DNA of 20,000 nucleotides from Spironucleus salmonicida. Taxonomy: Eukaryota. Where the stretch lies: NCBI RefSeq assembly GCF_000497125.1, contig NC_090603.1, positions 1,051,967 to 1,071,966 on the forward strand. The letters are read 5' to 3'. The notes beneath the pieces are model-generated. The model saw nothing but the letters and a program-made list of their open reading frames with translations, did no database searches and had not been told where the DNA came from. The position numbers were made by a program, and so were the translations under genes. This document shows positions 1 through 10,698 of the stretch, piece by piece. Position 1 is the stretch's first letter, and the number at the start of each line of letters is the position of its first letter.

Positions 1-2
1 TA

Positions 3-1244
3 ACGCTGATAAATTAAATTTCAAACATTTAAAATATCCATAATACACTTTCTGATCTTTGTAAATGCGGCCTGATTGCACATGTGGGTGGAACTGCTGA
101 CGGTTATTAGCTTACATTTTTAGGATTTGATTACCTTGCTATATCAGTCCTCAGAAACCGTAAAATTATCGATTTACCTCTTCGAAAAATTGGTGTAGGA
201 AAAGAAGCAGAAGTTTGGATTTGTAGTGATTTCGAAAATCGAAAAGTGGCATTAAAGCTTCATAAATTAGGTCTTAATTCATTTAAAAACGCAAGAACAT
301 TAAGAAATTATAGCGATAAGAATATATAATGGTGGAAGATGAGCCAGCTGGCCGCAGTTCGCGAATTTGGCTTTGGTAAAGCACTGTTTTAGCGTGGAAT
401 GGACGTAGTGTAGATGTTGGATTAGTGTCGCCATTGCGTTGTAATGGAGTTATGTTCAGGAGTATAAATGAGTCGTTTACGTGGCTTGAATGTTGACCAA
501 GCGCGTTATTTGGGAGCGAGAGTTTATAAAATGATGATTTAAATGATGGGGTTTAGTGTTATTCACGGCGATTGCAATGAATATAACGTTATAGTAGAGG
601 TTGAAGGCGAAGATTTTGAATTTGAAGAAATAGAATGCGAAGAAGGGTTGGAAAACTATTAAAGCGATTCAATAGCTAATAAAATTGCCCATTAACATAA
701 TGCATAGTTAGATAGTCAATAATTTTAATCTGACTTACAAAATTAAAGTACATTACCGATTGATTCATACGAAGATATAATTTAGTCATATGAAAATACT
801 AAAATTAATATTTTCAAATCTATAAAATTAATCGATTTTCCATAACTTATTCAACTTACGGATGATGATGCAGAGTACCAATTCAACAGAGATGTTGAGT
901 CATTTGAAGGCTTTTTGAACAGACGCTTTAAGACGGAACTATCGTTCCCACGTTTTGCAGACATTTAAAAATGTGAAATTATAAATTCATTTTAAACAAG
1001 TGAAAAGTTTGCCAGACTGGTAAAAATGCAGATCTTAGATGAAGAGGTTAAAAATGAGGTGGAAGAAAGTTAAAATTAAATTGCGGGAAGCAAAATGCTT
1101 TTAAAAGTGCGGAAAGTTGATTTGAAAACTGCTGCAAAATAACAAATGTAACGTGTTAATTAAAAGCGAAATCAGTCCAAAAGAATGGAGAAAGGTCAGA
1201 ACAAGTCAAATAGAGATAGATATGGCGGGGATGGCGAGTATTGA
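3..1244 (+). CDS. RIO2: RIO2 atypical Ser/Thr kinase (40S ribosome maturation), 5'-truncated by the window edge; table 6
   Basis: Frame +3 has no TGA until 1242-1244. The translation contains RIO2 hallmarks: DGYQLTFLGFDYLAI (end of winged helix), KIGVGKEAEVW (P-loop), ALKLHKLGLNSFK, IHGDCNEYN (catalytic loop, 561-587), IDFPQ (831-845, Q encoded by TAA) and FNRDV. Confidence 0.95.
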
Positions 1245-1804
1245 GTAATTTAGAATTTTAATTTGTTTATACTCAATATTTTTATTATCATATTTCTATT
1301 TTTTTAAATGCATACTATAGAAGAACCTAAGATATTTTTATTGTTTTATTTATGACAGCAAGTTAGGAAAGATCTAAATATATATTTATTCTTATTGTAC
1401 TAGAAGATTAATGAATATCAAATTAGTAAATAATAAAAATATATACTTTTATATTATTATATAAAATTGCTAGAAGAGTATTAAGCTTTTAATAACAAAT
1501 GCGATTATGTGTGCATTATAAAATATATTGTAAATAAGTATATTAATGATATTAAATATAGGTCAACTTTAGATACTAAAATAGAGTATATAATATATTA
1601 TCAGAAATTAATTAAATTTAAATAATTAGTAGCTTTATATTCAAACAATAAAATAGAATATGCTATTAATAAATGGACTATTTATATTAATAGTACTAAT
1701 TAATATTATTATAGTAGTTGTAATTACTAATCGAATCTAATTATTACATCATGATCGATATATTATAGTGTATTCGTAATATGAGTTTATAGAATAAATA
1801 TTCC

Positions 1805-1809
1805 TCACT
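1805..1809 (-). promoter_or_regulatory. Putative polyadenylation signal AGTGA overlapping the hydrogenase stop codon
   Basis: The minus strand reads ...TGG AAG TGA. AGTGA overlapping the stop is the signal I recall for Spironucleus salmonicida. The same arrangement occurs at 15968-15972. Confidence 0.5.
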
Positions 1810-3340
1810 TCCAGCTACTATACTCTGTGTGGAAATACTCATGGCATTTGGCTCCCAAATCTGCATAAACAGCGTCTAAAGCTTTGTTATCAAAACTACT
1901 AGTAAACTACAACTTACTATCACCTTCATTTAGTCCAGTAGCCCTAGTAGGAATTTCCATTTTCTTCATGTTTTTCGGTTATCCACCTCCGCCCTGACAT
2001 CCATGCAAACAGGTCATCATCTCAATTGAATCACATTCCAATTCATTTGCAATAACCATTTCGGCAGCTCTACGAAGTGCAGTACCACCTGTGGCAACGG
2101 CGAACTTGAACAATTCGCCTTATAATACTGCATCATACTACAAAATAGAGTGCTTGGTTTTCTCGTCAAAGAATATTGTTTTAGGTACTATTTCACTAAA
2201 AACAATCTGGCTGTTCGTCTTAGCAGCTACATAACGTACCACTGACTCAGTGACTCCTGCAGTTTTACCGTAAATATAAGATGAACCCGAAACTTGCGTG
2301 TAAGGGGCATCTATATTTGCTGTTTCGTCATTTTACAGATCCTCTTCCTTTTCATTCGAAAACTAGATATCTCGCGCTATCAAAAATTCGTAAATTTCGC
2401 GAGAGGTAATGCTAATATCACAGTCCGGCACACCATCTGTTGTAAGCTCTTTGCGTGCGGCCTCATCTTTTTTGGCAGTGCATGGCATCATGCCGACAAC
2501 ACAAAGATCCTTTGCCTTCTTCCCAATCTGCGCTGCAAACTGCTTTTTAATTAGAGCACACATACTACCGTGGGGAGATTTTGCAGTCGATAGTCTGCTC
2601 AGAAGCTGTGGGTATTTTCGCTCACAGAGGTTCACCCATGCCGGACAACATGATGTGAATATAGGCCCCTTCTTTTCTTATTTTGCTTTTAGTACTTCTG
2701 CAGCATCTTCTCTAGTTGTTATGTCAGCTCCATATAGGTTATCAAAAACATACTTGAAGCCAACATCTTTTAGAGTTTTTACGAGTTAACGTTCGCAAGT
2801 TGCACCAACGCCCATCCCGAATGCTTCGGCAAGTCCCACTCGGGTTGCCGGAGCTAAAACAGCGATTAGGATTTTATTTGATTTCATGGCCTATTCCACT
2901 TCTGAAATCTAGTTTCTTGGCTGAAGAGCGTTTGTGGGACATGCAGAAACGCAGTTACCACACCCTACACAGTCGGTAGTATCTAAACGAACGCGGTGTG
3001 ATTCGTCATTCAATTCACGATTAAGTGTGTATGTTTGAATATAAGGAGGTATTTTGACCGGACCTTTCGTAATTACGTGAAAACCTTACCACTCATCACA
3101 TGCGCGAGCGCAGTTGTGACATCCTATGCATTTAGAATAATCTAATTAAATGGAATATGTCTGATCAATAGGTTTATTCGTAATATCTATTGTAGAAACT
3201 GGAATTCTAGTTTTTGTGTGTAAAGCGAATATTTCTTAAGCAGGTACGCTTGATACTTTAACTGTTTTAAGTTCAGCCTACTGTTAGCCCTCTTCTTTTT
3301 CGATTGTTTCCACTGGTGCAATTTCAGACCCGCAACCCAT
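1805..3340 (-). CDS. [FeFe]-hydrogenase (HydA-like, 2x[4Fe-4S] ferredoxin domain plus H-cluster domain), 511 aa; table 6
   Basis: Single TGA-free minus frame from ATG at 3340 to TGA at 1807-1805; it includes supplied ORF 2363..2635. Motifs: CIGCHNCARAC (3098-3130), CVGCGNCVSACP (2936-2971), APATRV, H-cluster P1 FTSCCPAW, P2 MPCTAKKDE, P3 EMMTCLHGCQGGGGQP (last Q = TAA) and C-terminal CHEYFHTEY. Confidence 0.96.
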
Positions 3341-5029
3341 TTTAGAAATTGATGAACTTTAAACTTGATATAACTATTACTAGGCAAAAATTTAGTTTTA
3401 CAGTAAAAACTGCTAAGTTAATAGATTGCTGCAAATAATAAATTTATATATGAATTTTCATATTGTTATACAATACAAATTTAATGTAGGTTTTCAATTT
3501 GTATCTTATATTACTATCAATACAAAAGAATTATAATTTACGATTAAACAATAATGAAATTTGATAATAATTTATTGTATTAGATAATAACAAGACTGGT
3601 TATATTTAGTTTTATTTATTAGTTAACAATATATTATTTATATTATTATATTATTGAAACAATATCTTATTTTTATTCCTTTAATTATATTATAATAAGA
3701 TTATACTTCTAAAATTTTTATAAAGTATAAATATTAAACAACAAGACGAATTAATATAATAATATTTATTTTTTCAAGATCAATATTTTTAACCATTAAA
3801 TGTAATATAATTTTACTTATTTTTATTTTATTAATATAATATGCAAAAAGTATAATAAATTTAATATTACTCTCTTAATTATCTTTATTTATAATATAAT
3901 CTTTATATATTATATTATCTGAAATATCTTTAATATATAAATATTTTATTATTCTACAAAGTACTAATATATAATTTTAAATAGTAAAATTTGATTAAAT
4001 TCAAATTTATAGTAATAAATGATCTTATTTTATGTTTCTTACATTGTTTTTGTTTTATATATTAAGTCTAATTTAAATTGTATTACTAACAATTTTAGTT
4101 CAAATTTTGATAAATATTTTGCATCATTTAATTTATCAATAACAGATCAATTTATTCTTCACAAATGAGAAATATTAAAAATAATTTAAAACATTAGATA
4201 GTAGTAAATCAGAAGATATACTCATTCACTACTTATTCTGACACTATAAAATTACAACTAAATTTTATAGTTCCTTAAATTTTACTTATGTATTTCAAAT
4301 ATGTGAAAATTGCATTATACATTTCCTTTTCACTAGATATAAATTTTATTATAGTATAATAAGAATAAGTAAACTACTGGATTTTTATATTAAATTAACA
4401 CGGTTTTATATAAAAATTTTCAGATTATATATGACCATATAAAACATTATAATTAAAATTATCTCAGCTATTTTCGACGTTATCATTATAAATGTGATAA
4501 TTACCTTAATAAAAAGGTATATGCAGGTACTAAAAGCATAGTTTTTATACCAAAGCGTTGTTGAACTAGTTATATTAATAAAATTTATCAGTTAATTTGG
4601 TATTTAATGTCAATTATTTATAGCATAAGTAGTATATAATACGTATTAAAAGCATAAACTTGCGAATACCATTTTTTAAATAGTAAATCTTTTTACAGTC
4701 GCATTGCTCCCGTAAAAGACTTGAATTTAAAAAAAATATCATTCTCAAGATTTACATTTTTAGCACGTATTACACACTACTAAGCTCCATCCCATAAAAT
4801 CAAAACTAGAATTGATCGATATTAAGTTCTGAAAAATAGTGATAAACTCTTAAACTTAACAAAAAGATTTAAAAACACTTTCACACTACACACCATATCA
4901 ACGTGTTAGTTACTATCTAAAATAGATTCTCAACTAATTTAATAAAATCTTTTCGTTTATTGTTTTTCAAAACTCTATTAATTAATTCTTATAAATAAAT
5001 CTTGCATACTTTAGATGAAGTTGATTAGT

Positions 5030-7650
5030 TCTCTCACAGAATTGTATATAAAATAATCATCGTGTTGTACAGTCTAACGTCACCCTATTTCTTACCCATA
5101 AAACAATACTTTGATAACGCTACAACTTATTCAACCATGTCATACAATAGTATGTCTATTAATTCTAAAGAAATATATCTTGCTATTAATATTTTACTAT
5201 AATGACCAAACTTAGTATTATTACTATCCTCTTCAAACTTTAATAAAGAGAATTGCATATTATTATAATTGGTTTGACTGAAGTTTATTTTACTTGAAGG
5301 TTCAACATCAGAACTTTTTGGAAGTACTTCAATATTCTTGATAACCTCTTTTGCGTAGTACTCTAAGCTATCTTATTTTATAGAATTGATATTGCCTCCT
5401 TGTGAGTTGGTTTTGATTCTTGTTCTTTTACTAATGCTTATCGATCCCTTTTTGTTTATTAAAAAAAGGTTTCTTTAAAAGATACGTTATGATCTTTAAG
5501 AAGTAGAAGCCCAAAGGCGACCATAGTTATTTGGTTCTTATTATTGTTTTTTTTTAATCCTTTTGTATCAGAAATATAGTTCTCTTGAAGCTGGCTTAAT
5601 AGCTTAAATATCTTTCACTTGTTTGTCATCTAATAAATATTAGATTTGTTTATAGTATGTACCAAATTGACATGTTTCAATCTTATTAATTATTACAAAC
5701 TTGTTATAGTCTTGCTTAGTGCTAAGTACATCAGGAGTATGATAATAGTTCTATTGTTCAAGTTCTTAAGGTAGCACAACTATTACTTCTCTATCTTTAT
5801 TAAGCAATATTATTTATTCAACTTTGCTACATATTTTATTACTTTCAAATTTCTATTTAGTACTAGCTTTTTTATTTATCTTTATGGGTTCATTGTTTAT
5901 TACTACTTCGATGAAAGTTAGATCGTCTCTTTTATTTTCTTCAATAAGCAGTTTTGCATTTATGATCTTTACCATTTCTTGAACTTAAAAAAATTGAATA
6001 CATTAGCTTTTAAATATAAGATAAATTAACATATATTCACTTAACTTGCTTATCAAAGTTTATAAAGATCATTGGGTCTGGTTAAATAATTATATATAAA
6101 AAACTATATTTGAATTAGCCTCTCTTCGAATAGTCGTTTTCAAAATAGCCAATGTATCTATCATACAATTCAATAAACTATTTCGATTCGAATTCTTAAC
6201 TTGTTATACTTCAAATATCCTTAAAGATATCTTTTATATGTTCTTCCTTGAGACCGTTCATTAACAAGAAAGTTGTAAACAACTATCTAAAAGGTCCATA
6301 CAATTTCTTAATAGAATACAAACATGAAATGGTCCCCCAAATTCCAAGATATCTTCTTTAAATAATTAGTTTATAGAAATCAGATTCAGTTGTAATTTGA
6401 AATAATGAACTTCCACTCATGTCATCTAATAATAAAACTATTTTAATATTCGTATATAATATTTATTATAATGCAATCCAATTTATTCATACAACAACTA
6501 CATATATTAATCAACAACACCACCTAAGCAATCTTTCTATAAAACTAAACATTCTTACTACTATTGCTTTACCCACTCGAATTGTGAAAGTATGTTTTTA
6601 AAAACTTGAAAGAATAGTTTTTGATCTCCATTTTTTAATTTCTTTATCTTTTAAAGTAGTTCGTATCTAATCTTATGTTATCAATGATAGATTTCTAATA
6701 GTTTTCATTTTCTATAATTCTAGGCATAACATTAATAACTTTTATTTTGATGTCCTTCCATTCGAATCAACAAAGGGTATATTAATTCTATTATCTTTGG
6801 TTTTTGATTTCTAATAAGTATAATCACAACCTATAGTCGGACTTAAGAAGAACGTATGAGTTATATCTTTATTATTTAAATGAGGGTCATCTGAATTATA
6901 CTTTGATAGTTTACTTTAATCTAATATGCTTAATTTATTTTATTCATTGAATACGTTTTGACTGTTCCTGCTGAACCCATAAGTCCAAAATAGCCATAAT
7001 CATTATTTCAATTTAGACCTCCTGGGATCCGGACGGTTACGTCCAAGTATTTTTTTGTTTTTTATATCAAAAATTGAATTTCGTCTTATTGTATATTGTA
7101 CTCTATATATTTAATTGAAGCAAAAATAATAATAAATTAAATGAATGAATGTCACTTTACCAAAAACTTACAAAAGATATAAACTGATTCTTGTTAAACT
7201 TCTGCTTGTGATGCAACTCTTTTACTATCAGTTTAATTTAAAATATTAAATGATATTTAATTAGTTCTGTTAGTCATATCTTTCCAAACAAATATATATC
7301 GATTCAAAGGCTACAGCATTAAACTTTTATATATTAAGATACTAATGGTTTCATCACATTAATTTGATTTTATATAAACTGTATTTAAGTGTCTAAAGAA
7401 CTTAGCTGAATTAAGTTCACTTGTAAGATATCTTTTAATAATTACTGTTGTTTTTGTAATCTCCAAATCTATCTTTGTTTAATAGCTGAAACATGCATTC
7501 AAATTTATATTTTTACTGTTGGATCAATAGTATACTTATCGAATTGTAATTTAAACTAATCATAAAACATCTTATATTCAACTTCAGGAAGGATGTGCTA
7601 TTAATTATTGATAGGATCATACGAATCTTAATAAACCAATTTAAAATATT
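5030..7650 (-). pseudogene. Probable decayed coding region(s) of unknown family; boundaries approximate
   Basis: Successive protein-like minus-strand segments (e.g. KYNSDDPHLNNKDITHTFFLSPTIGCDY near 6900; MSGSSLFQITTESDFYK from 6420; MVKIINAKLLIEENKRDD from 5975; LEYYAKEVIKNIEVLPKSSDVEP near 5350) are interrupted by in-frame TGA (6211, 6037, 5568) and by apparent frame switches. No family recognised. Confidence 0.4.
5568..5975 (-). CDS. Hypothetical 135-aa ORF (table 6), possibly a fragment of the surrounding pseudogene
   Basis: ATG at 5975 to TGA at 5570-5568 with no internal TGA; E/K/N/D-rich, protein-like composition; no motif recognised. Confidence 0.3.
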
Positions 7651-8146
7651 TATAGTTTATTATTTGCAATGGTACTTTATCATTTCTAAAATATGTTAAA
7701 ATTTTATAATAAGTAATATTTATATAGTATGTCAATATTGAACTTTATAAATTACATTACTTTTAAAAGATGAATATTTCAGATAGATTATCATTACAAG
7801 GGTTTAGTTACGATTGACCATGGTCCTCTTAGGGATCAGTAGCCCAATAGGAGGTTACTGTCCTTCGTTTCGTCTCCGCTACCAATTAGCCAATTTAATT
7901 GATCCTAACTAATAACCTCATGTTAATTATGTTTTGAAAAAAATAGGGGCCTATTGCCAAAAGCTGACCTAGCACGATCTAGTATATCCTTTCTCTGGCT
8001 TGGAACATCCATGATAGTGTATGATATACTATTATTTTATTAGATAGGAGTTAGCAGAGCGAATCAGAGTAACAATAATAAAAGCAAGTGAAATTATTTG
8101 AGCAAGATGTATCAGTAAGTGCTCAGGATGTGAGATTCGCCAAGAG

Positions 8147-9100
8147 ATGTAAAGAGATCTTACTAAATATATTATTCGTGTGGTTTTACAGGACTCTATG
8201 TATTTGAGAGGAGTGATCCTGCTATGTTGGGCTGCTAGAGCGCTTATTTTACTACTTGGGTATTTTATAACTATGCAGATATATAATATATTAGCAAGGC
8301 GCACAGTAGGTAATTAGCTGGCATACAGAAACTAAATACAAAATGGATTTCAAAGCTTTTTCCTTAATAAGTATATTTCGATGCAGTTGGTAATAATTAC
8401 AATACTAGTTTAGGTAAATATCGTTTACTCAGTATTAGACATGATCTTCATGATGTATTTAACTTAACTAATCCTGCACAGTATCAAATTTACCCCTAGC
8501 ACTATGCACTAAATTGTTGCTAATGCATTCCATAGGATATAAGATTCTGGTTTTGAGTCCCAAATATGCTATGAATTATAAGAATATTAAGTATTTAGAA
8601 CTAATTAGTTTTAACCTGAGTTTTTGATATAAAATAATGCTATATATTTGCAATATATATTAAATACCAATATAGTATAATCAGTAAACAAAACTTATAC
8701 TAGTAAATATAAATATAACTAAATCTTTTCATATGCATACTTTGAGTTTCCCTATATAATAACACTAGCTATGCCTATTTTTATAATATATCATATAATA
8801 TAATTTTAATTGTCAGAGCAGTAATTTTAAAGCCTTAAATATCGCAGCCTCCCATCGATAGCTGAAGCGCTTTAAAAATCGATACTTCATATTTTATTAT
8901 ACATTAAATTTAATTAAAATGCTATTCTTTCAAAATGCGTTGAAGATGCTCCCCAGACAATTCACAAGCGCCATTTGGCTAATCCTATCCACTCCATGTC
9001 GAATGTACCTATCATAACTCCGTTCAGCACTATTTCATCATTTCTGATACCGCCAAGAGTAAATGCAAAGCACCCTGCAAACCGATCCTCAGAAGTTTGA
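8147..9100 (+). CDS. Hypothetical 317-aa ORF (table 6), doubtful
   Basis: Frame +2 is TGA-free from 8102 to TGA at 9098-9100, first ATG at 8147. It runs through very AT-rich, intergenic-looking DNA (8600-8810) and has no recognisable motif. Confidence 0.2.
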
Positions 9101-9157
9101 AAACAGCATCGTCAAGATGTCCCAAAGCGGTACGGTTTGTAATTCTGCAAAATTCTC

Positions 9158-10222
9158 TCATTGAACCGATTTAAGGTTGATCGATTCGTGAAATTTCAGC
9201 GGAAATTTGGTCCATAACTGCATGGAATCTCGAGAGCGCGAGAGCGAAGTTTACACTGAAGGGAATTTATTAGGGGCGAAGTTTGCATGAGCTGCACGAA
9301 ATCTAGAGATTTGGGGGCGAAGAGGGCCTGCGAAAATGTGACTATCAGGGTGACGAGATGGCGCTAGCTGGTGGTCAGGACCCAGCTCGGTAGTAGCAAT
9401 ACCGTAATTTATTAAGAATAGGACTGACTTTATGCTAGCTTAGGACCTCCACATTTTGGTGCTACGAGCCTGAGTCGATGCTGTTGGCATAGTGAATAAT
9501 GGTTTAGTCGTAAGATTTGGCATAACTGCCTGCTACTGAAGTGGGTACCACTAGTACGGTACCCCAAGTAGCTCCATAGATAGCACCAAGGCAGGCATGA
9601 GTGGTACTGGGATAGTGCTTGATGATTATACAATACTATAGTATATATAGTAATAGCTTAATTGGAGTTTAGTAGTATATATGCATTGGGAGTGGTGCTT
9701 GTAAGGATATTTAGTATATACTATTGTACTTATATAATATACTACTATACTTACTAATACATATTCACTTATTAACCTAGGTACAAGGTACACTAGGAAG
9801 GGTATTCTCACTAGTAATGCAAGCACAGGCTATGCCGAAGACTGCTTGTATATTATATGTGTAGTACCTGCCTGCTACTGAACTGGGTACCACTAGTACG
9901 GTACCCCAAGTAGTTCCATAGACAGCACCACGGTAGGCGTGAGTGGTACTGGGATAGTGCTTGATGATTATACAATACTATAGTATATATAGTAATATCT
10001 TAATTGGAGTTTAGTAGTATATATGCATTGGGAGTGGTGCTTGTAAGGATATTTAGTATATACTATTGTACTTATATAATATACTACTATACTTAATAAT
10101 ATATATTCACTTATGAGCCCAGGTACAAAGTACACTAAGAAGGCTATTCTTACCTGTAGAGTACACGCACAGGTTATGCCGAATACTGTATACATTCTAT
10201 CTTTAATACCCGGATGATGCAT
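9158..10222 (-). CDS. Hypothetical 354-aa ORF spanning both tandem repeat copies (table 6), doubtful
   Basis: Supplied ORFs 9968..10222 and 9626..9826 are in the same frame and both end at TAA (Gln here). The frame stays open to TGA at 9160-9158. This strand is G-poor, so TGA is rare by composition. Confidence 0.2.
9526..10199. repeat. Tandem direct duplication, two copies with 342-bp offset (copy 1 ~9526-9867, copy 2 ~9868-10199)
   Basis: Both copies begin CTGCCTGCTACTGAA(G/C)TGGGTACCACTAGTACGGTACCCCAAGTAG and share a long near-identical core (GAGTGGTACTGGGATAGTGCTTGATGATTATACAATACTATAG...). The right ends are more diverged (GCACAGGCTATGCCGAAG vs GCACAGGTTATGCCGAAT). Confidence 0.95.
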
Positions 10223-10698
10223 AATCTATCAAAAATGATATTTTGCAGTCTCACCCGGTATGCTGCTTAAGACCGAAGCATAGGGATAGATGAGTTTTAG
10301 CTTGTAACGACGACTCACTAGGATGAGTTGTACCAAAGGGCAGCAAAGTCAGCCGAAGATGCTACTTATTGCATCTAGTAACGATAGGGATGCGTGGGAT
10401 CATGCATAGCGGATGAGCTAATGTATTTTTAGGAAACTCCTATATTTACTAATAATGCGTAATAGTTAAGTAGTATTGTATATTATTAATTCCATACTAG
10501 TGCTTAAAGGCAGATGGAAAAGTTACACGAGATCATTTTATACTTTTTAGTTCGTAAAACGCTTAACATTCATTAATTATAATATGTATTAAATTATGTA
10601 TTATAAATGCAAGTAGAGTTTTTTATTCATAGTATAATATTATATTAATGTATAATATTGATATATTTTACTTTACATCTTTCCTATTTCCTTCTTAA

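Noticed and set aside
2294-2789. Supplied plus-strand ORFs 2294..2554 and 2409..2789
   Set aside because: Antisense shadows of the hydrogenase gene, with no motifs of their own.
1-3340. RIO2 and hydrogenase as nonsense-riddled pseudogenes
   Set aside because: The interruptions are only TAA/TAG, some at conserved Gln sites. There is no internal TGA or frameshift, and the catalytic motifs are intact.
3187-3387. Supplied minus ORF of 66 aa
   Set aside because: Out-of-frame overlap with the true hydrogenase N-terminus.
3400-4150. Extremely AT-rich stretch as a possible origin or regulatory element
   Set aside because: No specific repeat or motif; similar to the intergenic DNA at 1245-1804.
4607-5281. 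224-codon plus-strand TGA-free ORF (table 6)
   Set aside because: With one stop codon and a G-poor strand such frames arise easily. It has no motifs, and the opposite strand looks more protein-like.
6037-6213. In-frame TGAs as selenocysteine or readthrough
   Set aside because: No redox motif context or recognisable SECIS, and nearby frame switches favour decay.
7031-7062. Bacterial rho-independent terminator
   Set aside because: The context is eukaryotic nuclear DNA; kept only as a low-interest hairpin.
9526-10199. LTR pair or CRISPR-like array
   Set aside because: The copies are directly adjacent with no internal region, no TG...CA ends and no repeat-spacer structure.
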